The translations under genes were made by a program, and so were the position numbers. Under the pieces are notes generated by a model. That model saw only the letters and a list, made by a program, of their open reading frames with translations, searched no databases and was not told where the DNA came from. A DNA stretch of 63,503 nt, the filler included, from Choristocarpus tenellus KU-1152 (taxonomy: Eukaryota; Protista; Phaeophyceae), in NCBI GenBank assembly GCA_964200185.2. It is 13 parts of 13 records of this genome, joined end to end, with 100 filler letters (N's around TTAATTAATTAA, not from the genome) between each part and the next. Parts side by side here need not be neighbours in the genome. Positions count along the whole stretch, not along the records: positions 45,074 to 56,215 come from CAXNAD020002485.1; positions 56,316 to 59,455 come from CAXNAD020022034.1; positions 59,556 to 63,503 come from CAXNAD020016995.1; 10 more parts are not named here. One strand, written 5' to 3'. Numbering within the stretch: position 1 is the stretch's first letter; the number at the start of each line of letters is the position of its first letter. This document shows, in pieces, positions 50,455-63,503 of this stretch.

Positions 50455-52884
50455 ATTGTGTTAACATGTCCCTCTTTTTCTCTCCCTCTCTTTACCTCGA
50501 GATAGGATAGTGGGGGGAACAACTGGAGGGAGAGGAGGGGGTAGAGATTTGAAGGAATTGGACTCTTGTGCCAGAAGCTTCTCTTTTGTACAGCGATTTG
50601 TTCTCTGTTACTCTCCCTGCAGATGTTTGCAGTTTGTCTTTTGCATGCTATATTATGTTGATGTTGAGTGATAGTTTATCATACAGTGAGTTTAAATTTG
50701 TCAGTATCTCGTGCGTTAATTAGCTTCCAGTCCCCCTCGCAACAAGAGGGTTTTATGTTGTTTTGGGTTGTTGCTTGGCCTCGATGTTAATTGTTTTTGT
50801 GTTGTTTGGGGTCACACTCTTGGAGGGCTTAAGAGCTTTCTTCAAAGGCAGTTGTCAGCAAATAGAACTTCATTTATTACTTGATTTTTGTGCTTGTCCT
50901 GATTTGCAGAGATCAGGAGAAAGGAGGGAGCACAGTGTTGAGCCCGAACTGAGGAGTGGTGCATACATGTCTATTATAATTAATTTTTTTCCAGTAAGTT
51001 GAGGGAATCATCTTTGTGACTAGTAGACAGTAAAGATCTTGTACTGTGTTTTTGTGCATGGTCGTGGTGCTACCTGTGTTGGTTGTGGGACAGATAAGCG
51101 CCCGTCCTCCTGTTAGATGCGCTTTGTGTAGAAGCACCACCTGTATAATTTTTATTTTAAAATGGGACACCTTGTGTTGTGTTCAACTCAAACTATTTGC
51201 TTAGCTTTATGTCAATTTATTATTGTATTCTCTTGAAAGGGGCGGGGGCGAGGGTGGGCGGAAAAGATGTCTTGCCTGCTATTTTTGTTGTCTGATTTGT
51301 AATGCCTCTCTCAGATTTTTTTTTTGTATCATGCTGACCCAAGACTGAGGGGGGCACCTCTATGAAACAAAATAATTTGATTTGATTGTATTGTCAAGTT
51401 TGCTGTCACTCTATTGAATGTATGTCATCGTTCTTACCCTGCCTTCTGTGAACAAAGGAAGTGCATGGTGTGGCAGATTTTACAGATTTGATTCTGTGCA
51501 GTTTTGTGCTTCATCAACCCCCCCTCCTCTAAGAACCAAGGACCGCAGCAGGGTAGTGTACCCTACATGCAGTGGCACAGGTGCAGTTTGGAGCAGACAC
51601 TTCTCACCTATGTGGCCTACATATCTATATTTTAACTGTTGACTATTCTCCTCCACACGTTGTATTACCCCTTGATATGGCTGATGTTTTTTTTAATGTC
51701 AACCAACGTTTTTGTATAGATCAATGAAAATATCTTTACTCTGGCACAAGGAGGTCACTTTTGGTAGCTTTGTCTCTTTGCACAATGGTTTTAATGCTGG
51801 ATTTAGGTCAAGAAGTACAACATGACACGTGCAAATGATTCTATTTGAGATTTGATCGAAATTCGACTTGAAAAGATCTCAAAGACTGTACTTACAGGGA
51901 AATCATTGGCATTGGAAGGAAATTTTGGTAGTGCTTTTTATGTGAAAATCTAGGTCACTGGTTTGCATTTTGAAACAGAATCTAAGATGCCACCTTTTCC
52001 CATGGTCTCGGAAATATTCTACTTGGTAGTACTTGAGAAATAACTAACAACTTTTATGTTGCCCTGAACAACCGCTTTGGGCCCCTCTGGAGCTTGAGGT
52101 ACAGACACTGTGTTGAGCTGTTTTGTTTTGTCTTGTCTGTGTTTAGGTATAACCCATGTAACATATATTTGTGAATGAATAGCTCTGCATATCAATTTAG
52201 TAGTGGGGATGATTTATGAACACCAACCAAGAAGCGTTTCTATTACTATGTAAGACTTGAATAATTTCTCATCGGTATTGAGCCATTTCAGGATCAAGGA
52301 CAATCACAGTCCAAATAAATGTTCAATTTGGTATTGAAGATATATGTAGAGTTCATTTCAAGAATGCAATTGAAATCCTTTGGGCCTTGTTTAATCTTCC
52401 AATAGTTCCAAGTCCTCAGCACGAATGTGTAAGAAAATGGGTTGCGCTGACCGTATACATGCCATCACTCCATTAACTGTAAATCAGAGCTGATTATAAC
52501 TGTTTGGGTATGAGTTATATTACTACAAGAAGGTTCAAGGGTTTCACAGGGTAAATCCATTTGGTGATATTCACAGTACTGGCAGCAGTTCTCGAAGGTA
52601 CCTCCCACTGCTCACACCACGTCTGTGCCTAAGTAAATGAGAGGTACCCAGGTTTGGGCGTGTTTTGTTGTAAGTCTGATAATCTTTTGCGATTCACCAA
52701 TCTCTCTATGGATGAGGTTCTAAGTTTGACTTGAGAACGAACGTTTGTTTTTCTGCTGTTTGAAACTTTTCCGACACATTCACATAGTATCTTATGCACA
52801 TTTGTCAGCATCCTTAAAAGTGCAACTCTAGGTGCCTCTCGTTTATTTTGGACTCTCTATACAGTAGCTTTTATACTTGCTGAA

Positions 52885-52932
52885 TGGCCCTCCAAAGCCC
52901 CAAGGGGCTGGCCCTCCAAAGCCCCAAGGGGC
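52885..52932. repeat. Perfect 24-bp tandem duplication
   Basis: TGGCCCTCCAAAGCCCCAAGGGGC x2. Confidence 0.9.
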
Positions 52933-53856
52933 TGTGGTAGGTATCTTACTGTTTGAACTGGTTCGTTATTGCGCATATTGAACATCCCAATTTTTCAAGA
53001 AGAAGTGATGGAAGTCAATTTGACAGAACACTCGAAGTGTTCTGCTTCTTCCTGCTGAGATCCCGGTCTTGAGTATCAAGTGAGGACGGACGGACATATT
53101 GTAAAATGTATCCATCGTTGTTATGATATCACATTGACCGTATGGAACGGTTTTCAGATGGAAGGTAACGTCAGTGGATGAAGGAATGTTACACACAATA
53201 TCCCAAAGATGCACTGGCAACCTGAGAGGATGGAGTTCCTACAGTATACACAAAGATTCGCTACTATCTACAGAGATCAATGATATGACACATAAGTCGT
53301 GGATTCAGGTCCCACATTTCTAGATGTTTTTCTCACAACATTGTATTCATAAAACTCTGTGGTTGGGTGGGTTTCCCACCATACTGGCGTTTGTTTGATT
53401 GCAGCTGCCCCCAAACAAGCAAAAGGAAGAAATTGATACATATGTAAGTAGAATTTTTTATATATCAGTAGGAGATTTTTTAGGGGGGCGGTTCTCTGCT
53501 AGTTCTTTTTCATTGCCCATCATTGGCGATTATGGAACACACTCTGGACTTTCTCTGTCCTCATGATCTGTCCTGAGATTCATTTATCGTTGATATCAAG
53601 AGTGTCTACACTTTTTTCGATAGTGTTCAATATCAGTAATATATGCCCATTGTCAGGGACCCTTTTTTCTTTCTTACCTTCACATTCTATACATATTTTC
53701 TGCCTTGAGAGGGAGATACCTACAAAAAGAAAGATTTCTGAGATCTCGCATCAGTAGTTACGTTGACTGAGTTGCAAGGAGATAGGAATGGACTTCAAAA
53801 AACGGTCCCTCATATTATAAATAGAAGGATGATTGATGTCATCAACAATATTTTGA

Positions 53857-54029
53857 GACTCAAAGTATCTGAGGGGGGGGGTAACAGCTATCCATTTGGG
53901 ACCCATTCTTCCATGTCGCAATTTTTGGATGATTTGGTTGTATGCGTTGGATGGATCATGTGGGTGCACATCTCCTGGTCAGGGCCCGAGTGGACACCCT
54001 GGTGTAGACCCCCCAAGATACTTTGAGCC
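53857..54029 (-). mobile_element. MITE family A copy
   Basis: GACTCAAAGTATCTGAGGGG ... CCCCAAGATACTTTGAGCC with 4-bp TSD TTGA. Confidence 0.88.
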
Positions 54030-56432
54030 TTGAATGGTGTGCTTAAAGTAAACTCCACAATTAGCACGTCAACATGGGTAGCATATGGTAAAGTACGACG
54101 TAGGGTTTCAATACTTCAAATTGTTGTTGAGGGTTGGGCACCTAGGGTCAATAACCCGCAGCAGTGGTATGAGTGTGTTGTTGAAGGCACAATGACCTTC
54201 ATGGCAAAGCAGCATTTCTGATGGTTAATGTGTATCATGCCAAAGTACCAGGTAAGATCTCCCAAGTCACCAACAAACCATCATCACTGTATGTTGAATG
54301 CTACGTTCTCTTTTTGGGGTTGATTTTTTTGCATCCATTGTTCCTTTCTTCTTATTTGTTCTTTCCTTCTTCTTTGCGGTCCTTGTTGCCTCTTTCAAGC
54401 AGTATGCCATTTCCTTCTCTGGACTACCTTTTGGACTGCAGGTCTGGGATCCATCAGACTAATGCGACAATAGTAATGATCCCAACTTACAGTAAAATAA
54501 TAATAATAATAATAAATATATCTCATCACCATAGTTACCAGTGCCTTCCTCTTCTGTTCTCGTTTATGTCAATCCTACGCCACAAGATAGAGACGGACTT
54601 TCAGTTCCTCCCCAAAAAACAGTCAAAACAGTTGACCTTGAAGGATTAGGGAGTGACAGACGAAAATCTTATCCCCTGATTTTGAGAAAACAAAATGGAA
54701 ATAAGAACCTGCCAGAGGTGGTTTATCAAGGATTATAGGAGTTAATCAGCCTAACACTATACACTCTATGGAAGCAACTAAATGCAGAAAAATTGTTCAA
54801 GGACTTCCTACTTTTTAGGCTGGACTTCGTTTTTTCCGCCTCCCTTAAATATTCTCACCCACTGACGATCACCATCCCTCAGGCATCTGCATACATAAAT
54901 GTGCATGTTCGTACAAGCTGCAGAGTAACACGAATTTTCCACACATAGATACCGTGTGCAAGCCAAACAAGACATTTCAAACAGATCACAAAACATTCAT
55001 GGTACACGAAAATAATCTCACAAGGAATTTAGAACATGTGTAAGCGAACTGAAAAATTCACCATACGATGTGCTGAAATTTGATGTTCAAGAATCAACCA
55101 CACTTTTGCCCTCTCGTAACAACATGGGTAAGGGGGCTGAGAGCCTAACAAAGGGATCTCTACTCTGCATTATGGGGAAGGAAAACAAACAAACTAGGTT
55201 AAATCTAATTGAGCTACAAACACGAAATTTGGAAGCATAGATCCAGAGGGACTTGATCGCAAAATAGTAAAAGTCCCACCCTACAGTAAAACATATACTT
55301 GCCTTGATAAGGATCAGTTTGAGCCGTTTTGGGGGCAGGCTATAAATGCACAAGACAGATTCAAATTCCAAGTGCTTTTTGTGGGCGGGTCTTACAAAAC
55401 CCACTATGAGGTCACCTGTACACCTCAGCGAAATCCATTTCGGTCTACCTGGCAAAGCCAGAGAAGTGCCTTCCCAACACAGTACTTTTTCTGCCCCACA
55501 GACTGAACTGATGCTAACAGAGGAAATATAGTTGAGTTGCCTTGGCCAAATCTTGGGCAGCAATAGCTAAGTTGTAGTATCTCTCCTGTTCATTGCTGCA
55601 GAATGTCAAGGTAGCCTATCCTTTGGGCAAATGGTGCAATTTGCTGCAAAAATAGATAATAGCATATTGATGGCGAGGGGAAGGCTGCTTGCACCAAAGG
55701 CAGCAAGCATCCACAGGTCGTAAGCCAACAAAGATTTGTTCTGTGGGTTCCTGTTCAACTGTACATCACAACACACCAGAGGCATCTATGTATCCCCGTG
55801 TCAGAATGCCAGGTGCAATAAAGGTACACAGTGGTAACAGTGGTGTCCACCAAAGCAGCAGACCATACAAATTATCCCCAGGGAGCAAGCGTATCTATGC
55901 CTTTGCATGCTCTTTGAGCAAGCTGCGCAGAGCAAACATGCCCCTGGGGCGTCTTCCCAGAATATAAACTGGCATGCAGTTTCAATTGTACAATGTACCC
56001 AATCATAGTTCTCCTTGTGTCATAATCAATAAAAGTAACAACACACATACACACACACAACATTGAAATACACACGTGACGTCCACACCACCCCGGTTCC
56101 AACCTACAACCTCACACGTTTGAATGGAGTCCCCAAACAAAAAAAAAAATAGCATCCTTACCCCGCCCCCTACCCCCCCCCACCCCACCAACACAAAACC
56201 AAACACCGAACCCCCNNNNNNNNNNNNNNNNNNNNNNNNNNNNNNNNNNNNNNNNNNNNTTAATTAATTAANNNNNNNNNNNNNNNNNNNNNNNNNNNNN
56301 NNNNNNNNNNNNNNNGCGTCCGTTTCGGTCAAATCGAACTTTTTTTTTTTGCTGACATTTCAAATCCGACACGTGCGACCAAATCACACCAAAAAAAGTG
56401 AAAATCGAAAAAAGGGTGAAAAACGGACGCCG

Positions 56433-56468
<36 letters not shown>

Positions 56469-57386
56469 CCCCCAGATACTTCGACCCATGTAGTGAGAGT
56501 AATGGACTTGAAATTGTGTCATCTTGATTTTTTTTCTTGATGTGTACTACTTTTGTTTTTTATTTGTGGAGTGGTTGAGGGTGGCGTGATAGTGGACCTT
56601 GGCGGGCGTGATGCATGTAATAGTTTGGATGGTGATAGTGCTGCAATTGTCATCAACATGTATAATACGATCAGATGTAAGATTATCTTGAGCGGTTGGA
56701 TGCTTCTGGTTGTTATTCACAGAGAGTGGCATGTGTGGGTGACATGATGGTAATGGGACTAGACCTTTTACTAGTTGCTATGAGTGCTGTGTTGTGGGGA
56801 TGGTTGATGTTGGTTGATGTTGGTGGTCAAGTCTGTGTATGACTATTTTTGGAGGGGTGACAGCTTTGCAATGGATACATGAGGAAGGATGAGTTGGTAT
56901 TAGAAGAGAGCATCTGTTTGTTCTTGTGAATTCATCCTCATTGGTTTGATTTGTGTCTAGAAGTGGCTAACAGACCTTGGTATGTACCACATCTCAACTT
57001 GGTGCACCAGTCTCTCTGTCTGCTTGATGTTTGTTTTGTGATGTGTTCAGCACCTTCTGGTCTGACTCTCCTTGACTCTTTTTCATTGTTCTGGTTGTCT
57101 GATGTGCTCGTGGTGTTGTCCTTCCTCATGATCAATCCACAGGCAACCATGAAGGAAATTGCATGCAACACAAATGGGGTGTATCAGGTTTGTTTACTGG
57201 GGGGGGGGTTGCAGTTGACTTTATGAACTGTGTTCTGTAGTTTTTTTTTCTCCGCTGTGTGCTATGTTGACCTTGTCCTGGTTTTCTCTTTTTTCTTTTT
57301 TGTAAGAGTGTACCTAACCGTTTTTTTGCTCCACTGGTGATGTTTTGATGTACTTTCATTTTTTTTGCGTTTTTGTGCCGTGGATT

Positions 57387-57672
57387 GATAACTTGTATTG
57401 ATAACTTGTATTGATAACTTGTGTTGATAACTTGTGTTGATAACTTGTGTTGATAACATGTGTTGATAACTTGTATTGATAACTTGTATTGATAACTTGT
57501 GTTGATAACTTGTGTTGATAACTTGTGTTGATAACTTGTGTTGATAACTTGTGTTGATAACATGTGTTGATAACTTGTATTGATAACTTGTGTTGATAAC
57601 TTGTGTTGATAACTTGTGTTGATAACTTGTGTTGATAACATGTGTTGATAACTTGTGTTGATGACTTGTGTC
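57387..57672. repeat. 13-bp tandem repeat (GATAACTTGTGTT) x ~22
   Basis: Three unit variants: GATAACTTGTGTT, GATAACTTGTATT and GATAACATGTGTT. Confidence 0.96.
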
Positions 57673-60600
57673 TTGATCATGCTTTTGATAGCACAAAGAG
57701 ATGTGGTGATGTCTGGGCACAGTAGACCTAATTGATGATGCTCTTTGGATTTGGTTACTCAATGTTCCTCTGCGTGCTTGTTCCTTGGAAAGTTTAGGTG
57801 TGAATGACTGATGCCTTCCTTCCCTTCAAGTTCACTTTGCTGTAGTAGGTGTGTTTTAAAATTCAAAAATGATATTAATGAAATCATTTGAATTTTAAAC
57901 GTTAAGACACCCGCAGCACTGTGGACCAATAGATACGTACATCATTGATCAATTTGTGAGCAAACATTTTTTGTTAAATATTAACACCAAGTATTGAGAC
58001 GATCTTTTGAAAGTGTTGTGAACGTGTTATGAAAGTGGGGTGTTCTCCGAGATGTAATGTGTTATAATTCTATGTAAAAATGTTCTTCCTTACGGCAAAG
58101 CATGTCATTCTCAAACCCTCCTCCTGGGAATGTGACACCAGCCGGCCTGATTCTTTTCAGTTCTTCATACTTTGCAAATTCGACCCTATATTCTGGACTA
58201 CTGGTACATTTTGCACTACAATTAACTCTATTAATGCAGGTATAATATGTTACCATTGGTAGCAGTTTATTTATTATTTCCAGTATTGATTTGTGTATTT
58301 GTGTATGTGTGTGTATGTCTATGTCTATGTCTATGTCTATGTGTGTGTATGTATGTATGTATGTATGTATGTATGTTTTTTCTTTTGACGCGTTTTTACT
58401 GATTCCTGTCCCCATTGGGTTGCCACCTTTGACAGCATGTGGAGGATGCATCTGACCTGTCTCAGGCCTTGGCTTTCTTTGAAAGGTGAGGAGCACAGGA
58501 CTGGACTGGACTGGATAGAGCACATACATAGAGTGGTGTAGTTTGTATCGATATTTATATGGTATTTGTATTGGTATTTGTGTTGGTATTTATATTGGTA
58601 TTTATATGGTATTTGTATTGTTATTTTTTCAAAGGGTTGAGAGGAAACAAAGGAAAGAGAGGAGTGAAAGGGATGTCTAGGTTTGTGATGAGTCCGCCGA
58701 TGTTCTTTTAAGTTTTCAAGTGAGTGTACCTTGTGTGTACTCTGATGACTACGTCTTACTGTGCTACTCCTTCGGAGGATTGCTCTTGTTTCTAACATCC
58801 CAGAGGATAATAACTCTTGTTTCTAATATCCCAGAGGTTTAGTCTTGTATCTAACCCTAACCCTAACATCCCAAACAAAAAATTAAAAAATGTGTTTCAG
58901 GTACTACGCCACTGGACTGGCCAACAGGGATGATCCAATCATCAGGACATCATTATGTAAGGCGTTTGTTTTATGTTTTGCCTATGTTCCCATTCCCCCC
59001 CTACCCTGTCTTCTGTCATTTTATTGTTAATATTTTTTTTGCAGGCAGTGTGGACTGACCCCTTACTTCAGATTCACCAACTGTGTAACCCTCTACCTTT
59101 GATCTTGATTAGTCCAATCAGAGGAGGGTTTGAAGAAAATAGTGAAGTAACTGAATGTCACGATGGAGGAATTGGAATGGAATAGTTGGCCATACTGCTT
59201 TGCTGGGGTACAGCTCCAGTACTCCTAATGGGTCATTTATATTTTGGTGTTGGAGTAGGAGTGGATGGGAAGAGACTCAGCAGCATCATTGCGGAGTCTT
59301 GAATCCTTTTCATGCCATTGATTGTTTATCGAGACCAACATCTCGCTTCTTACTTGGGAAGGATGAAGGATACCTGTTTTTCTATTTATTTTGTTTTTCC
59401 TGTAGACTCTCCTCCCTCCTCTCCTACCTTTACCCCCTACCCCCTACCCCCTACCNNNNNNNNNNNNNNNNNNNNNNNNNNNNNNNNNNNNNNNNNNNNT
59501 TAATTAATTAANNNNNNNNNNNNNNNNNNNNNNNNNNNNNNNNNNNNNNNNNNNNCAAGGGTTTCCGCGGATGGTTTTAACTCTGATTATATTACATCCA
59601 TGTGTGTGTTTGGTACACAGTTTGCAGAGTGAGTTTGGTGCATTTTGAGGGATCAATGGCAGTCACGAAAGAAATAATCAACCATCAACGTAAAACTGTC
59701 ATCTTCTGCTGATAAGAAGAAAGGAGTGAAAGAAAAACAAACAACAGAACAACAGAACAAACTTGGACCAATATGTGATGCAACTCAAATGACGTATACT
59801 ATACTATACTATTTGTGTGGAACCCCCCAGAGCAACTGTTCTGTACTAAAGTGTTCTGATTGTAGTTGATGTTGTGGTGATGATGAACTAGTAATGAAAG
59901 TAACGTCCAGAACGTAACAGATCAATCAACAGTCAGTGTTGACTGGTGGAACTGTATCGTATTAAGGAACCAACAGATAAATAGCCTATGTTTTAACATA
60001 ACAGATCAACATGCTTTCCACATATCCGTGTATATTTTTTATTTTTTTACTATCGTAAAATTAATACATATAGATGTTGGATGTGTAGCAACTTACCCTG
60101 CAATATATTTGGACACATTTTTATTGTTCACATGGAAAGTTCAAATAAAATTGACACAAGAACTTGAAGAACACGTAGTGGACATGGTCCGGACATGTCA
60201 GAAAATATCGAACTAGTTGACGGCCATATTCCAGACATGTAAGGGAAATGTTAGACTGGACGGTCGGTGGACATGGTCCGGACATGTCAATGAGTGTTTG
60301 AACCGGTGCCGACATGGACCGGAACATATGTTAAATTATTCTAGGACCAGTCCGGGTGGCAGACATGGACTGGCTTAACATTTAGTGGACACGGATCGGG
60401 ACATGTTAAATTATCGTGGGATCAGTCCAGTCGGTAGACTGGACTTTTAAGCTTTGCCAGCCCAGTAAAAGCCCTGTTACTGATCAGTTATCTAATTGTA
60501 GGCCTAGTCCAGTGCCTGGATTAGGATGTTTTCACCATCCTGGTTAGAGGGGTGAAGACTATACAGTCTCCTTATTTAATGCTGATACAGTTAAACCCAT

Positions 60601-60997
60601 AGTCTGGCTACCTTCACACAAGCACTGTGATTCATCCTAAGTGTTAGGCTTGGTGAGGTTTCGATCGAGGGTTGCTATCCCTCTAATCAGTGACTAACTT
60701 TAGCGGGGCAGGTACTAATGTTGTATATCCTGGCGGCGTGTTTGGCCTTTTGACGGACGTGTAACCATAGCGAGATTCAATTCCACGAGAGTACCGCTTA
60801 CTGTAAGTTCTAGTAAACCCCTGTGCTACTGAGCAGGTAGTCAGCGGGTTGTGATCCATTCAAAGCACTTACGATTTCTTACCGTAATTTCCACAACCAA
60901 ATCGATGACTAACACTACAGTGGAAACTCAAGGACATGAAATCCCCAGAATGTCTACAATAAATCACTCATCAATGATATGCAACTTCCCAGGTACA

Positions 60998-61255
60998 GAG
61001 CCAAAGTATCTTAGAGGGCGGAGCCGCGTCCATTTGGTGACCAAAATCCAATGTTGCGATTTCGATGTAATATTAGCTATCGTGTTTGTTAGGATGTGTC
61101 AATATCCTTGTTCCGTACACACCTTTTCATAACGTACACATTTTACCTACTCCGAAATATTTTGGAGTAGGAAAATGTCATAAAATCTCCAAGGGAAGCC
61201 AAGCCCCAAATCGAAAAACAGGGCGAAACTCGTACCCTCTAAGATACTTTCATTG
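60998..61255 (-). mobile_element. MITE family B copy
   Basis: GAGCCAAAGTATCTTAGAGGGCGGAG ... CTCGTACCCTCTAAGATACTTTCATTG with flanking TACA/TACA. Confidence 0.88.
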
Positions 61256-63503
61256 TACAAAGCATATTATCCCCATCCCCTATATGACCACCAAATTCAA
61301 CAACCGTCAGAAGTGAGAAAATTACGACTGTAGTGACTGTGATGATGTCTAGTGGAGGCAGTAAATGATGAAACTCTAAATACATTTACCATTTATCCCA
61401 CCAACTGTAACCTCACACGGATGTCTGGCATGACAACATTGACGGTCAAGAATGCTGTTTTAACTTTACAAATGCAAAACAAGCTGTTATCAACCGTGAC
61501 TATCACACAAGCACTTGCCCTATCACTTCCCATATCCTCAACAAATCAGAAATAGCAGCATCTGCAAGGAGCCCCATACATTTTCTACATCGCAGCAGTT
61601 GTCTCATATGCCATGACTCAGGTCATTGCCTTGCCTCGCCCAATATAAATGCAGCGGGCACGTAAGTGATCGTCCAACAAAGCGTTGAACATTCACACGC
61701 AATGCTCCACTCCACATGCAGATACACTAGAATATTGAAGCACCACTGAAACAAACCAACCCTGCATGTGTCATTGTACTTCATCCTGAGGCTGTAACTC
61801 ACCAACCATCCATTCAAGTGTTGCCCATCCTGCAAGTCGCTCACTAAAAGTAACAGATAACACATAGAAGTGGTAGTGCAGTATTTTGCCAATGCCAACA
61901 TGAGACACCTGTGCTTCACCTCCCTAGGACGAAGTACTTACAACAACAGGATAATATATTGAATGCGTTATAGTATATGGAGTATGTGGGGTTGAGTTTT
62001 GCAAACGATCAAATTACCCCTTGGGGGGGGGGCACCAACCTTGTGCATACACATAATACTTTATGCCGGACATTATTGGGGGTTAATCCAGAGCATATAC
62101 TGATTTCTTGCAGCAGAGTGCTGATTACAACATCGCACACTAGAACATATTTCCATCTATCTCGTTTTGAATTGAGGACGTAACAGTCCAAAAATTTCGA
62201 ATTTGCACAAGTCATAGGGTACGAGTGGCCAGTCCAGAGTGTATCCCCACTCAGCAATGGTGCAGCATACTTTCCAATAGGCCTCTAAATCGAAGGATAT
62301 GAAACATATAGACACGAAACTCAACCAAATCGAATGGGCAACGATGCTGGTACACAATTATGTATGTTACTCTTGAACAATGTTTGAGCTCAAATATTTC
62401 AAAGGAAGAGGTGTATGACTTGGGCTGCAAGGAGCCAGTCCAGAGCGCGAGAGGAGCTACAGTGCACTGTATATTCCAACAAGCCTCTACATGCAAGGGC
62501 AAGGAACATACAGACTGGAACCTCAACCAAAAGGAAAGGACAGCGCTGCCAATGGATCAGATCGGAACACAATATACCCGGTCAATACTAACCTGTTCTT
62601 GTTTTCACAACCTCAGAGGGTACAACAAATGGTCCACAACCACCTCCTCATTACCATTATACTCACTCAGGTCCGGCGTCTCTCACAGTCGGACGGCCAG
62701 GTATCTTTGACTCGTTCTTGCTTGATGAAGTGCCTCCCACCATCCAGCACCAAGGGTCCATTCCACAGTCACCTGTGTTGGTGGCTGTTGCAACACAGGC
62801 AGCTACTTCACTTTGGTTCGCTACAAAGAAGATATTATTTCGCATCTCAAGAGGCGTTTCTACCAATATTTTCACTAAACGTTAATGTAGTAACCCTTCT
62901 TGCGGCTGTCAAAGGCACCCAATCACAAGTCACACTAAGAGCATATTCAATAGTTTTCAGTCCCATGAGAAGGTGCGCGTAAGAGGTAACTCCACAGATG
63001 CCTCAGATTTTCATTGATGAGAGGATGATTAGGTAAGTATGTTGTTTGACCCACGTGTTGAAATCAATCTCTTCACCTTCTGAATGTGCTGTCCTTAGCA
63101 TATGTGAGAAGCAAACCCCGTTACACACACTTATGGGGGCCTACGACTACTTGTGATCCTCACTGACAAACAACTTACCGAGTGTTTCACAAGATGCATT
63201 GATTGCACCAGGAAGATAGTTGTGGCCTCAACTTCGACTCTGCTGGGATTGACATGCCATGTATCACGTTGCTGGTATGGTGGTGGTTCAGGTTAGGAAT
63301 GTCAGTATCGCATCGGCATAGTGGACTATTGGAGGCTTTAACCTATTTCATGGAACTTTTAATCATATCCGTATAATTTACAACATGAGAGTTAAAATTC
63401 TGTGTACGCCCTATATGTGTTGAATTTGGATTGTTACTTTTTTTTTTATCTTTTCACAGTGGGTCATGTAGAGGCTCAAAAAATCTGTGGGGGGGGGTAG
63501 CGG

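Noticed and set aside
52450-56000. Exon-like segments and ORFs (52966-53220, 55087-55563)
   Set aside because: Splice-site-bounded candidates contain stops in the frames tested and show no recognisable domain.
57132-57762. 182-aa and 166-aa repeat-protein ORFs
   Set aside because: By-products of a stop-free 13-bp satellite. All frames give the same peptide and there is no supporting gene structure.
58060-59400. Short exon-like pieces on both strands
   Set aside because: No consistent phase chain giving a recognisable protein.
61620-63330. Possible degenerate gene or DDE transposase (…YTLDWPLVPYDLCKFE…)
   Set aside because: Only a faint resemblance to the WP..SPDL motif, with multiple stops; insufficient for a call.

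Overview
Eukaryotic nuclear DNA, intron-rich and full of transposon relics, most consistent with a photosynthetic stramenopile, probably a brown alga (inferred from gene content, bipartite plastid-targeting leaders and intron style). The window is 13 contigs joined by twelve artificial 100-nt linkers (N44-TTAATTAATTAA-N44), so linkage across the gaps is unproven. Manual splicing recovers nine host genes or gene fragments: an EamA/DMT transporter (-), a complete plastid-targeted SnoaL/NTF2-like protein (+), a plastid ABC1K7/8-type kinase (-, with a GC-AG intron), a complete unknown protein with a signal peptide (+), a multi-exon unknown gene (-), a HINT/HIT hydrolase (-), an HHL1-like protein (-), a coiled-coil protein (-) and a complete MAP2K-like kinase fused to a DEP domain (+). 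Mobile DNA includes two abundant MITE families sharing an AAAGTATCT terminal core with 3-4 bp target-site duplications, an intron-containing Sola2-like transposase, a plant-type (DD39D/Stowaway) mariner relic, a Sagan-like IS630/Tc1/mariner relic, a fold-back MITE, and RTE-like and CRE-like LINE relics. There is also a 78-bp palindrome-bearing array and a 13-bp array with higher-order structure. No CRISPR array, rRNA or convincing tRNA was found. All family assignments rest on motifs recognised by eye; no searches were run.
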